Positions 41,095 to 49,226 of a stretch of DNA of 64,000 nucleotides are shown piece by piece. Made by a program: the position numbers and the translations under genes. The notes under the pieces are model-generated. The model was not told the origin of the DNA, did not search any database, and was given only the letters and a program-made list of their open reading frames with translations. Each line of letters starts with the position of its first letter. The stretch's first letter is position 1. The DNA is from a virus, in IMG/VR virus record IMGVR_UViG_3300021961_000019; one strand, given 5' to 3'.

Positions 41095-43005
41095 TTATAG
41101 TCTAACGAGAGCGCCGTTTGCGTAACTTGAAGTAACTGTATATGTTGAACCAGAAATATCTGATCCTGATGAAATAGGATCTGCCAGCATATTGACAGAA
41201 GTGTTATTAATATCTAGCTGCAAATAAAGATCCTGTAATCCGATCACATCGTTCGATTTTGGTGTGACCGAAATCTGAACAATTGAATCTGCGGAATCGA
41301 ATTTCGCAGTCTCAATAATATTTAATGGATATAAAAGAATCTCTCCTTTTACATAATCAACCTTGCCAGCATTCTTTCTAACAATTGTTGGAGTGGTGCC
41401 GGTTGCATCAAGTTTAAAGAATACAATTTTTCCGGTCTCAAGATCCGAATTTGGAATATCAGTTAGGTAAACAAACTCAGATACTCCACTAATTTTGAAT
41501 CCCGATGACTTAATGTTGTATCCAGTATTATTTTTGATGTGGAACGCATTACCATAACAAATTTCATAATCAGCATATTTTCCAAGGGCAATACGAAGAT
41601 CTCTCCTCATGGATACTGTTGTGATGTTGGATGTTACAGAGGAGTCACTTTCATCAACGAGTTTGAGGAATTTACTATATTTAAATCTTGCGCCATAACG
41701 GTTCAGTTCAGTTGAATCTGCATATCTTTCAACGTTCTTAATTACCTTGCTGCGAACAGATGCTGCACTCAAACTTGTATTGGTATTGTAGTATGCTGTG
41801 CAATCAATCTCAACATAAAGATACTTGAGATCTAGAATTTCTGGCACAATTCCCGCAACAGAATATCTGCGAAGAGTTCTCTTTAAATTATCTTTAATTG
41901 AGGATGGTATATATGTACCATTTAGTGGTTTAATCGTAATGAACACCTTTCCAAACTGTGGGGGATTCAGATCTTCACCACCAAATACAGAGATGGATTC
42001 TGTTTCTGGGAAGATTGTGGGAATGATTGATTCATAGTCAGTTGCTGTAACTGCTCTATTATGTGCCTCATAAATTTTTGGCGCATATTTGCGAATTGAC
42101 TCAACAGATTCAATTGGTGTGCCGAATCTGGAGACAGCATCTGCAGTCAACGCAGAAATTCCACCGGAGATTACTGTATCGTTATTATCAAGAAGTCTTC
42201 CATTAAATGTAAATCCTGCAACACCATTTCCATCTTCGCCATTAGACAGGTGATATGAGATTTCAATTCTACTTCCATCAATTAATTTATTACCAAAGAT
42301 GCCATCACCAAAGATGATTTCATATCGTTCATCTGCAATTTCTTGTAGGAAGAAGACTCTAGATGTTGAAGTTACATCAAGTAGATTGTTTGAAAGTTGA
42401 TATCTTACTCCAGTATTGGAACCGGGATCAAATACACGAACTCTGATTAGGGAAGTATCAACTCCAGCATTATCAAGAAGGAATCTTTGGTTGGGATCAT
42501 TATAGTTTACTGTATATTCTGCTGTTACATATGAACCCTCATACACATAAACATTATTGAAGGATGCCACTCCAGAAACGACTGGAACGGTCACTTCATC
42601 CTGAATGGCAAAGGTATAACTCTGACTACCGAAACGGGCGTTAGAGGTGCATACAAGACCCTTCTGGAGGGTGATTGTGGTTGGGTTGTTTGAGTATCCG
42701 GTCGTATCAACAGTAAAGGATATTGCTGCCCTCGCTGCCCTTCTGGATCGAGGAAGATATCCAATTTGCTTTGCCAGAGAAACGACATTTTCCCTTAGCG
42801 TAGCACTATCGATGAATACCTCATTACTCAACATGTTGGCATTATATGCCGAGATATAGGTATTAAACGCTAAAACGTCTATAAGAGTTGCTAGATTGGA
42901 TCCTTCAAAATCGAAATCGGTAAAATCTGAGTTTGACCTCAGATAATCGACAATTGATTTTTTTATTTGATCAAAATCCAGGTTTGTGAAGTTAACTAGT
43001 GCCAT
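41095..43005 (-). CDS. g6: Baseplate wedge subunit gp6
   Basis: NLDFDQIK, FTDFDFEGSNL..LIDVLAFNT, FIDSATLRENVVSLAK.IGY.PRS, NRAVTATDYE. Confidence 0.96.
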   Translation of the reverse strand: MALVNFTNLDFDQIKKSIVDYLRSNSDFTDFDFEGSNLATLIDVLAFNTYISAYNANMLSNEVFIDSATLRENVVSLAKQIGYLPRSRRAARAAISFTVDTTGYSNNPTTITLQKGLVCTSNARFGSQSYTFAIQDEVTVPVVSGVASFNNVYVYEGSYVTAEYTVNYNDPNQRFLLDNAGVDTSLIRVRVFDPGSNTGVRYQLSNNLLDVTSTSRVFFLQEIADERYEIIFGDGIFGNKLIDGSRIEISYHLSNGEDGNGVAGFTFNGRLLDNNDTVISGGISALTADAVSRFGTPIESVESIRKYAPKIYEAHNRAVTATDYESIIPTIFPETESISVFGGEDLNPPQFGKVFITIKPLNGTYIPSSIKDNLKRTLRRYSVAGIVPEILDLKYLYVEIDCTAYYNTNTSLSAASVRSKVIKNVERYADSTELNRYGARFKYSKFLKLVDESDSSVTSNITTVSMRRDLRIALGKYADYEICYGNAFHIKNNTGYNIKSSGFKISGVSEFVYLTDIPNSDLETGKIVFFKLDATGTTPTIVRKNAGKVDYVKGEILLYPLNIIETAKFDSADSIVQISVTPKSNDVIGLQDLYLQLDINNTSVNMLADPISSGSDISGSTYTVTSSYANGALVRL

Positions 43006-43407
43006 TTATCGCGTTGGCTGAAGGGCAAATGATATTTGTTGCGCTGGAATATCGATTCCAACAATTTCGTAAGAAATTGTCACGTTAAATTCATTATTAT
43101 CGTAGTCCGGACTGACAACTACTTCAATTAATTTGACTCTGGGTTCATATTGGTTGATAGTATCTTCAATTTCTTGCTGAATAAATCCCGCAGTAACAGG
43201 ATCCATGTTCTCAAAAAGTGCAGCACTTACTCTAGAACCCAAATTTTCATTAAAAAACCGCTCTCCGGGTTGAGTAAGGACAAGATTTCGCACGGAACGT
43301 GCAATAGCACTCGCATTTTTAAGTGCGATGAGGTCATAATTGATGGGATTCACCAAAAATGACATGCTCAAATCTTTAAATCCTTTACTTACCCTTTGAA
43401 TCGGCAT
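43006..43407 (-). CDS. g25: Baseplate wedge subunit gp25
   Basis: FKDLSMSF..NP, AIARSVRNLVLT.PGERFFN..LGS, INQYEPRVKL. Confidence 0.95.
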   Translation of the reverse strand: MPIQRVSKGFKDLSMSFLVNPINYDLIALKNASAIARSVRNLVLTQPGERFFNENLGSRVSAALFENMDPVTAGFIQQEIEDTINQYEPRVKLIEVVVSPDYDNNEFNVTISYEIVGIDIPAQQISFALQPTR

Positions 43408-43428
43408 GTAGGTAGAACAAATCTACCT

Positions 43429-43435
43429 TATTTAT
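43429..43435 (-). promoter_or_regulatory. Late promoter (ATAAATA)
   Basis: Exact consensus 22 nt upstream of g25. Confidence 0.75.
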
Positions 43436-43441
43436 GATGAT

Positions 43442-43720
43442 TTATTGCAACCAATCTTTACCATAAATCGCTTCTGTGCCGTAATCCCAATCATCATAGT
43501 CCTGATCGTTGCGAATACGTTCATGAAGCTCATTTTGAGCCTGAAAATCATGTCTTTTGGGTGTTTGATCGTCTTCGTTGATCTCACGAAGCATTCTTGC
43601 CTTGTGAAAACCCACTCCATGAGCAAAATGATTACCCTCAAGTGTGGTTTCATTTGCCTCCAGACTCTGAATTTCCCGTTCAGACCACATTCGTTGGATA
43701 TTTTCGGAATTTTTGGTCAT
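43442..43720 (-). CDS. Hypothetical acidic protein
   Basis: 92 aa ORF; TAAATA at 43741-43746 upstream. Confidence 0.65.
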   Translation of the reverse strand: MTKNSENIQRMWSEREIQSLEANETTLEGNHFAHGVGFHKARMLREINEDDQTPKRHDFQAQNELHERIRNDQDYDDWDYGTEAIYGKDWLQ

Positions 43721-43748
43721 ATTTTTTCACCATTTATAGGTATTTAAC

Positions 43749-43770
43749 AAAAAACCGGGTTTCCCCGGTT
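43749..43770 (-). terminator. Rho-independent terminator
   Basis: AACCGGG-GAAA-CCCGGTT stem-loop followed by a T-tract on the minus strand. Confidence 0.85.
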
Positions 43771-43790
43771 CATTTTTTATCTAATTTTGA

Positions 43791-43931
43791 TCAACCTTGA
43801 CCACGATAACGCTTATTTCTGCCATTTCGGGACGTTGCACTGAGTTTTGTGTTAGGACCACGCCCTTGGCGAGTTTTTTTCGGCTTGGACTCAATCTTGT
43901 GATCACCAGTAAACGAGGGACGCTTAGCCAT
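43791..43931 (-). CDS. Small basic protein (46 aa)
   Basis: Hand translation MAKRPSFTGDHKIESKPKKTRQGRGPNTKLSATSRNGRNKRYRGQG; SD-like GGAG upstream; terminator downstream. Confidence 0.8.
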   Translation of the reverse strand: MAKRPSFTGDHKIESKPKKTRQGRGPNTKLSATSRNGRNKRYRGQG

Positions 43932-43966
43932 AATAAAAATCTCCTATAAGAAACGAGAAAAAATAA

Positions 43967-44743
43967 TCAAATGATACGAGTCTTTTCATGACCCACTCTG
44001 ATACGAGGATCGCACCAGATTTCAAAGCCTTGATCCTTGGCATCAAGACAGAAGGACACGTCTTCTCCACACATATCCTGAACCGCACCGGACTCAAAGA
44101 CTTGCATCTTTGGAGCAAACCAGGGGTATTCAAGATTCTCAAAGACACCCTTCTTGATGAGAACCCAACCAAAACCAGTATAGTCTACTGTGAAGGGCTT
44201 CTTACGACGTGCCATGGTCTCTGTGGTCTCATGATTCATGACACCGCCATTGTTGCGGAAGTCTTCTTCTTCCAACCAGTGTGCTACTGAGGTGGTGTGA
44301 CCATCCTCTGTTGCATACCATCCTGCGGTGATCTCACGTTCCGTGCCATCCTCAGACAGTGCAAGATCGCACAATTGCCAGAATTTTTCTGTGTTGAATA
44401 CAATGTCGCTGTCAATCCACAGTTGATAATCGTAGGGAAGTTTGCCATCCCACGGCACCTGCTTTGGACCGCGAAGGACGTTTGCGCCCAGACACTTACA
44501 ACGTGCGAAGTTTACCATGGACGAGTAATCCTGAGAGATCTGAATACTCAGACCACTCTGTACCATATCAAAGCAGAGTTGTACAAATGCTTTTAGAAAT
44601 GTAAATGAGCATCCTCGCCCCGGAAGACAGAACACGATAGTCTTTCCGCGCATACGCTCTTTAATGGCTGCGTAGTCCCAGGAAGTCTCTGGCTTCGCAG
44701 TTGCAGTGGGCGGTTTCGCCTTAACTCTAAATCCTTTTGCCAT
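43967..44743 (-). CDS. Conserved cyanophage GT-A-fold glycosyltransferase-like protein
   Basis: IVFCLPG, LWIDSD (DxD), VDYTGFGWVLIKKGVFE, GEDVSFC, RVGHEK. Confidence 0.85.
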   Translation of the reverse strand: MAKGFRVKAKPPTATAKPETSWDYAAIKERMRGKTIVFCLPGRGCSFTFLKAFVQLCFDMVQSGLSIQISQDYSSMVNFARCKCLGANVLRGPKQVPWDGKLPYDYQLWIDSDIVFNTEKFWQLCDLALSEDGTEREITAGWYATEDGHTTSVAHWLEEEDFRNNGGVMNHETTETMARRKKPFTVDYTGFGWVLIKKGVFENLEYPWFAPKMQVFESGAVQDMCGEDVSFCLDAKDQGFEIWCDPRIRVGHEKTRII

Positions 44744-44767
44744 AACTGTTAGTACACTTCAAGTTCA

Positions 44768-44796
44768 ATTTTATCGTTCTATTTAGGTTTTGTCAA
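44768..44796 (-). promoter_or_regulatory. Sigma70-type promoter with a nested late box
   Basis: Minus strand TTGACA(44796-44791)-17 nt-TAAAAT(44773-44768), with TAAATA in the spacer (44785-44780). Confidence 0.75.
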
Positions 44797-45199
44797 CCCT
44801 CAAAAATCTCCCCCCTTTCCCTCTTGGAATATCTGTATTTCGGAAGTTTTCCGCGTGATCACACCATCTCAGATTTGTGACCTCGTTGCAGAGTTTGTCT
44901 CTGTTGATGTGGTCCACCTCTGAGAGATTGTGGGGGTTCTCTAGGAGGGTCTCCGCAATCAGTCTATGAACATAGTATCTGATCTGCTTGATGAACCTTC
45001 CAGACTCATCTCTGAGGGATATATTGACTGCCGCATACAGTCGCTTATTCCCTCCTGCGCCCCCTCTAAGGTGCTGTGCCACCTCAACCTTTTCTGTGAG
45101 AATTTTTTCCCCGGATTTTTTTTGCGCATCTCTAAACACCTTTCCGTCTTCTGTGACGTAGTATCTGGGAAATTTTGTGGGGAAAAATATTTTTTGCAT
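44783..45199 (-). CDS. HNH homing endonuclease (free-standing)
   Basis: YYVTEDGKVF, YVHRLIAETLLENPHNLSEVDHINRDKLCNEVTNLRW (HNH_3 pattern). Confidence 0.9.
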   Translation of the reverse strand: MQKIFFPTKFPRYYVTEDGKVFRDAQKKSGEKILTEKVEVAQHLRGGAGGNKRLYAAVNISLRDESGRFIKQIRYYVHRLIAETLLENPHNLSEVDHINRDKLCNEVTNLRWCDHAENFRNTDIPRGKGGRFLRVDKT

Positions 45200-45342
45200 G
45201 AGCTCGATATCACTCTAAGGGGTATATACTTTTATAGATTGGGGGGACCCTTCAATTTAGCTTTAGGGGCGCTATGCCCGCATATACGCGGCACATCCGC
45301 ATCGGTATAACTGCCAATCACGAATGGTCATCACGAATACAG

Positions 45343-45368
45343 TATGGGGGCCATTCGTGACCCCCATA
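45343..45368 (-). other. Stem-loop at the end of the early transcription unit (possible terminator or pseudoknot)
   Basis: TATGGGGG-10 nt-CCCCCATA; the loop is complementary to 45318-45327. Confidence 0.55.
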
Positions 45369-45376
45369 AGTATCAA

Positions 45377-45535
45377 TCACAGACCCGGAAAAGGATGAGC
45401 AGAAAGACTCACCGAATCAGCAGTCTCAGAATCGGAAGCATTATCGCCCCCATCAACAAGTGCATCCAGAATTTGAAGAATTTGGTTGCCATCTTGACCT
45501 TTGGAAAGAAGTGACAGAAGAACTTCGCGGGACAT
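45377..45535 (-). CDS. Small early hypothetical protein
   Basis: MSREVLLSLLSKGQDGNQILQILDAL...; probable start 45535. Confidence 0.7.
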   Translation of the reverse strand: MSREVLLSLLSKGQDGNQILQILDALVDGGDNASDSETADSVSLSAHPFPGL

Positions 45536-45601
45536 GTTAATAACAAAAAGAAGAACGATTTGAAAGATGTGTGACTTTGGGGCAAACACATTCCCATGAA
45601 T

Positions 45602-45736
45602 TCAGATTACAATTGATGCCTTAGTTCCACATGCGATGAAGAAGTCAACCATGGAACATGCCTCAGAGTAAGTTACAAACCAGAGGTTCTTCCACATGGC
45701 AGAGGTAGGACACCAGAAGCGAACTTGTGTTTTCAT
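45602..45736 (-). CDS. Small early hypothetical protein (44 aa)
   Basis: Hand translation MKTQVRFWCPTSAMWKNLWFVTYSEACSMVDFFIACGTKASIVI. Confidence 0.65.
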   Translation of the reverse strand: MKTQVRFWCPTSAMWKNLWFVTYSEACSMVDFFIACGTKASIVI

Positions 45737-45745
45737 GATTCAATC

Positions 45746-45925
45746 TCAGTTGGAACATGCAGGGGGAACATATGAAGAATCGATCTGTACAACACCATCG
45801 ATGACAAACTCTTGAAGAATGTAATTGATAGAAATGCCATACTGAATGCTCATTGCCTCTAACTCCCTTCGAATGTCTTCAGTACCTTGAAAGGGGCGAA
45901 AGTGAGTGGGTTGATAGTCTTTCAT
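45746..45925 (-). CDS. Small early hypothetical protein
   Basis: MKDYQPTHFRPFQG...; probable start 45925. Confidence 0.6.
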   Translation of the reverse strand: MKDYQPTHFRPFQGTEDIRRELEAMSIQYGISINYILQEFVIDGVVQIDSSYVPPACSN

Positions 45926-45939
45926 GATTCGAAGTGAGA

Positions 45940-46068
45940 TTAACGAACAGGGCGAACAGGAGCAGGTTGAAGAACAGGTTTTGCCTTGATGATTGCGTTC
46001 TTGCATTGTGCTTCAATCTCAGAAAGAGTGAAGCGAGTGGGAGTGTTCAGACGTTGACGCTTGTTCAT
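45940..46068 (-). CDS. Small early hypothetical protein (42 aa)
   Basis: Hand translation MNKRQRLNTPTRFTLSEIEAQCKNAIIKAKPVLQPAPVRPVR; first gene after the cassette at 46111. Confidence 0.6.
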   Translation of the reverse strand: MNKRQRLNTPTRFTLSEIEAQCKNAIIKAKPVLQPAPVRPVR

Positions 46069-46110
46069 GATTTGAATGGGAATGGTGTGGGAGAGTTGTT
46101 CCCCTCCCGT

Positions 46111-46162
46111 ATCTTCATCATAGGGTGCTGAAGACCGTTGGAGGGTTTTTCAGCGTATCTGC
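46111..46162 (-). promoter_or_regulatory. Class I early promoter cassette copy
   Basis: GCAGATACGCTGAAA-N25-TATGATGAAGAT; CCCTCC at the -35 position. Confidence 0.8.
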
Positions 46163-46163
46163 T

Positions 46164-46415
46164 TCAGACTTCTTCATCCAGCAGATTGGGGACTTCTTTA
46201 ATCTCAACCCCGAAATCTTCCAACACTTCATCACCATAAACATCACGAATCTCATTGATAAGTTCCGACTCGGAGTAGTTGTTAAGATTCTCCACAAGAG
46301 TATCAAACACAAACTGTTCCATCGATTTCGTGTCCATGCTGTCCATAATCTGTTCAGCATACTTCTCAACCAGTTCGGAGAAGTTGTCAGTCCAGGTGTA
46401 AGCGTTGTTGTTCAT
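46164..46415 (-). CDS. Small acidic early protein
   Basis: 83 aa ORF in the early array. Confidence 0.7.
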   Translation of the reverse strand: MNNNAYTWTDNFSELVEKYAEQIMDSMDTKSMEQFVFDTLVENLNNYSESELINEIRDVYGDEVLEDFGVEIKEVPNLLDEEV

Positions 46416-46419
46416 GGTT

Positions 46420-46635
46420 TCAGTTCAGAATGATACGATAGTCGATTTCCAGGATGCACCAACCGGTTGCACAACTAATCTCTTCGATTAGATCCTCTTC
46501 ATCATCTGCCTCCCAGATTTGACCAACATACTCTTGATTGAGTTTTTCTTCAGTACAGATCTGGTCACTCAAAGACCAATCATCTTCACAATCAAGAGAG
46601 CAATCAAACTCAATTTTGGTGATTTGGAATTGCAT
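46420..46635 (-). CDS. Small acidic early protein
   Basis: 71 aa; WEADDEEDLIEEISCATGWCI. Confidence 0.7.
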   Translation of the reverse strand: MQFQITKIEFDCSLDCEDDWSLSDQICTEEKLNQEYVGQIWEADDEEDLIEEISCATGWCILEIDYRIILN

Positions 46636-46638
46636 GAT

Positions 46639-46818
46639 TCAAACCAGTTCGGATTGCATTTCGACCTCTAAGGTCTTGAACTTGAAGTAATCATAACCGT
46701 CAACTTCTACCACCTCTTGCATGTACTTTTCAGCAGCAGAGAGACAGTCAAACAAACGAAGGGAAGAGAAATCTTCACCTTCATAATCGAATCCACCGAT
46801 CACAGAGTAGACTTTCAT
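46639..46818 (-). CDS. Small early protein
   Basis: MKVYSVIGGFDYEGE...; start coupled to the upstream stop. Confidence 0.7.
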   Translation of the reverse strand: MKVYSVIGGFDYEGEDFSSLRLFDCLSAAEKYMQEVVEVDGYDYFKFKTLEVEMQSELV

Positions 46819-46988
46819 CACAGATCAATCACGACGGAGTAGTATGCAACAGAGGAAGGAACTCCGCTTAAAGCAAGCGAACCGTTCCGGGAATCGCAAT
46901 AGTCTTGCGCTTCATCATAGGACTCAAAAGGTCCAACGTACTCTGGGGATTCCAGAGACAGAGAATCAAATCGAACGGTGTGGGTCAT
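46818..46988 (-). CDS. Small early protein (56 aa)
   Basis: Hand translation MTHTVRFDSLSLESPEYVGPFESYDEAQDYCDSRNG...; follows cassette and SD. Confidence 0.7.
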   Translation of the reverse strand: MTHTVRFDSLSLESPEYVGPFESYDEAQDYCDSRNGSLALSGVPSSVAYYSVVIDL

Positions 46989-47005
46989 GGGTGGTTTCCT
47001 TTGGT

Positions 47006-47057
47006 ATCTTCATCATAGGGTGCTGGAACCCATTGAAGGGTTTTTCAGCACATGTGC
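47006..47057 (-). promoter_or_regulatory. Class I early promoter cassette copy
   Basis: GCACATGTGCTGAAA-N25-TATGATGAAGAT; CCCTTC at -35. Confidence 0.85.
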
Positions 47058-47058
47058 A

Positions 47059-47208
47059 TCAGAGTTCATCCCTCATTTCAGAAAGTTTATCGTAGATCAG
47101 AGATACATCTGCACCCACGATTTCACTTACCTCAGACCAATCATCATGAAACTCAATGAGGGCAAGCAGAGCATCAAGTTCATCAAACGTGAGAGTTACT
47201 TTTTCCAT
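47059..47208 (-). CDS. Small acidic early protein (49 aa)
   Basis: Hand translation MEKVTLTFDELDALLALIEFHDDWSEVSEIVGADVSLIYDKLSEMRDEL. Confidence 0.7.
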   Translation of the reverse strand: MEKVTLTFDELDALLALIEFHDDWSEVSEIVGADVSLIYDKLSEMRDEL

Positions 47209-47210
47209 GA

Positions 47211-47381
47211 TCAGAAACCGTTGAGAAAGTTAGCAAGTGCTTCATCATACTCCTCTTTGGAGTTAAACACCTTTCCACCAACTGTGCGGGGATAGGTAGA
47301 CTCTTTAGCAGGAGTTTGCGTCTCAGCGACACTGTAACCCTTCTCCAGAAGGGTCTGAACGTAGGGGTTGGAATGGGTCAT
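47211..47381 (-). CDS. Small early protein (56 aa)
   Basis: Hand translation MTHSNPYVQTLLEKGYSVAETQTPAKESTYPRTVGGKVFNSKEEYDEALANFLNGF. Confidence 0.75.
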   Translation of the reverse strand: MTHSNPYVQTLLEKGYSVAETQTPAKESTYPRTVGGKVFNSKEEYDEALANFLNGF

Positions 47382-47396
47382 GGGTCTTTCTTTGGT

Positions 47397-47448
47397 ATCT
47401 TCATCATAACCCCTCCAGGGCGGTTGGAGGGGTTTTCAGCACTTGTGC
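47397..47448 (-). promoter_or_regulatory. Class I early promoter cassette copy (perfect 9-bp spacer hairpin)
   Basis: GCACAAGTGCTGAAA-N25-TATGATGAAGAT; spacer ACCCCTCCA-7 nt-TGGAGGGGT. Confidence 0.85.
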
Positions 47449-47449
47449 C

Positions 47450-47773
47450 TCAGTTGAGACGCATTCCGCTGAAGAAGGGAATTGCGGATCCGTCATACTG
47501 AACGAACCACTCACCTTTCTTTTGGAACACATACTCACCAGGCATTCCGTGTGCCTGAAGAATAGCGTTCAGACGGGATTTGGTGGTGTTGGTCCTCCAA
47601 CCACCATCAAACAATTCGACGAACGTTTCACCAATCCGAGCGATCAGATTGTCGTACAGATACACATCAGAAACATGAGAATATGCGATCACTTCAGTGT
47701 TATCTTTCTTCCAATCCTTGTGCTGCAGGATTGCATCGTTCATTTGGGATTCGATCTTACGCATGGTGCGCAT
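47450..47773 (-). CDS. Conserved early hypothetical protein
   Basis: MRKIESQMNDAI...VYLYDNLIARI...DGGWRTNTTKSRLNAIL; start 47773 or 47764. Confidence 0.8.
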   Translation of the reverse strand: MRTMRKIESQMNDAILQHKDWKKDNTEVIAYSHVSDVYLYDNLIARIGETFVELFDGGWRTNTTKSRLNAILQAHGMPGEYVFQKKGEWFVQYDGSAIPFFSGMRLN

Positions 47774-47816
47774 GGTGGGAAAAGCGATGGGATGATGGGA
47801 GGTCTTCCCCCCTGGT

Positions 47817-47871
47817 AACTTCATCATACCCCCTCAGGGGTCGTTGGCGGGTTTTTCAGCAGAAGTGATGC
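47817..47871 (-). promoter_or_regulatory. Class I early promoter cassette copy
   Basis: TGCTGAAA-N25-TATGATGAAG; CCCGCC at -35. Confidence 0.8.
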
Positions 47872-47885
47872 AGATCTTCACAATA

Positions 47886-47914
47886 TAAAAAATCCGGGGT
47901 TACCAGCCCCGGAT
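47886..47914 (-). terminator. Rho-independent terminator
   Basis: ATCCGGGG-7 nt-CCCCGGAT followed by a T-tract on the minus strand. Confidence 0.85.
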
Positions 47915-48031
47915 CATTAACCCAACACCTATCCACTATTGATATCATTATCTCCGTTCAACTTCGATTCGGTTCCCATCCGAATCGGGGTGACTTTTCT
48001 TATAGCAGCGGCAAACCCTTTCCGCTCTTAC

Positions 48032-48292
48032 TTAGAAGTCGAAGACCTCAGAATTCAGTTCAATTGTATTCACCTTCTTGCTGTTATACTTAACGCCGTC
48101 CGGAGTTTCTTTTACTCCACACTCATAGAGTGCTTCCACGACATCTTCATAGTTGCCGAGTTCACCCGCAAGAGCATAGAGACCTTCATCATTCTGCAAC
48201 CAGAGTGCAACATTCCAGGTTTCATAGTTGGTCCAACCATTATAACCTTTGTCGAAAACATTGGTCTTGTGAATGTCAAAGATGGTGTTCAT
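48032..48292 (-). CDS. Conserved phage hypothetical protein (YNGWTNYETWNVALW family)
   Basis: YNGWTNYETWNVALWLQNDEGLY motif; probable start 48292. Confidence 0.8.
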   Translation of the reverse strand: MNTIFDIHKTNVFDKGYNGWTNYETWNVALWLQNDEGLYALAGELGNYEDVVEALYECGVKETPDGVKYNSKKVNTIELNSEVFDF

Positions 48293-48395
48293 GATCTTAG
48301 AAACAATTGGGTTGGGGTTGGGGGGTGCCCTTAGTTCCCCCCGTTGTGGCAGTTGTGCCACTTCCTAGAGCAGAGTGGAGGTCTTTCCCTCCCGT

Positions 48396-48447
48396 ATCTT
48401 CATCATACCCCCCGGAAGGGGTTCGGAAGGTTTTTCAGCAGATGTGC
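48396..48447 (-). promoter_or_regulatory. Class I early promoter cassette copy
   Basis: GCACATCTGCTGAAA-N25-TATGATGAAGAT; CCTTCC at -35. Confidence 0.85.
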
Positions 48448-48448
48448 A

Positions 48449-48676
48449 TCAGAAGTGAGATTCGGACCAATCAAGCATTTCGCTATACTTAGCGATGCCA
48501 TCATAGCAACGCTTGCTCATCTCATGATCACCGTCTGCAACATAACCTTTCAGGAATTCGAAGCAATACTTGATACGCAGTTCAGGTGCGATTGCTTCCA
48601 GTTGTTGACGCTTACGCTCTTGATAGGAGTTGTAAGCAAACATTTCACGATCTTCGAATGACATTTGGTGAAACAT
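48449..48676 (-). CDS. Conserved early hypothetical protein
   Basis: MFHQMSFEDREMFAYNS...ELRIKYCFEFLKGY; probable start 48676. Confidence 0.75.
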   Translation of the reverse strand: MFHQMSFEDREMFAYNSYQERKRQQLEAIAPELRIKYCFEFLKGYVADGDHEMSKRCYDGIAKYSEMLDWSESHF

Positions 48677-48698
48677 GGTGTGGGTCCTTTCCTTTGGT

Positions 48699-48753
48699 AT
48701 CTTCATCATACCCCCCAGAGAGGGTCTGGAGGGTTTTTCAGCAGAAGTGATGC
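48699..48753 (-). promoter_or_regulatory. Class I early promoter cassette copy
   Basis: TGCTGAAA-N25-TATGATGAAGAT; CCCTCC at -35; SD AAAGGA follows. Confidence 0.85.
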
Positions 48754-48754
48754 A

Positions 48755-49153
48755 TTACCACTTCTCCATCCACCCATGGCGGGTGCATTCTAAAGTAACG
48801 CCAGCACGGTTGATGTTACGATCAAAATCAACATTTGCGGCACGAAGTGCATCATGATCAATCTTGGTTGCATCACAGTAGAATTTGATCGCACCATATG
48901 CAGTTTGAATCCTAGCAGCACCGTTGAGTTCATTATACTCAAGAACGGTATACTTGGTGAAATCAGTGCCGCCGCGGCCAACGGCTTTACCATCTACAAC
49001 TGCATCATCTTTGATGTCGATATAATGCTCCTGAAATCCGTATGCATCATAATAGCGACCATTCGGAAGTGCAACACCGGGAGCACATGCAGTGGTGAGA
49101 ATAGCAAGACCAGCAACCAGAATGCCGGTGAGTTTGGTGAGAGTGGCAGTCAT
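48755..49153 (-). CDS. Putative exported protein / lipoprotein
   Basis: Signal-like N-terminus KLTGILVAGLAILTTAC with a Cys at a lipobox-like position. Confidence 0.65.
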   Translation of the reverse strand: MTATLTKLTGILVAGLAILTTACAPGVALPNGRYYDAYGFQEHYIDIKDDAVVDGKAVGRGGTDFTKYTVLEYNELNGAARIQTAYGAIKFYCDATKIDHDALRAANVDFDRNINRAGVTLECTRHGWMEKW

Positions 49154-49176
49154 GGTGTGGGTCCTCCCCTTTCTGT

Positions 49177-49226
49177 TATCAGTATAGGGTCCCGCAGGAC
49201 CCCGACTGAGTTTTCAGCACATGTGC
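49177..49226 (-). promoter_or_regulatory. Class I early promoter cassette copy (TATACT variant)
   Basis: GCACATGTGCTGAAA-N25-TATACT. Confidence 0.75.
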
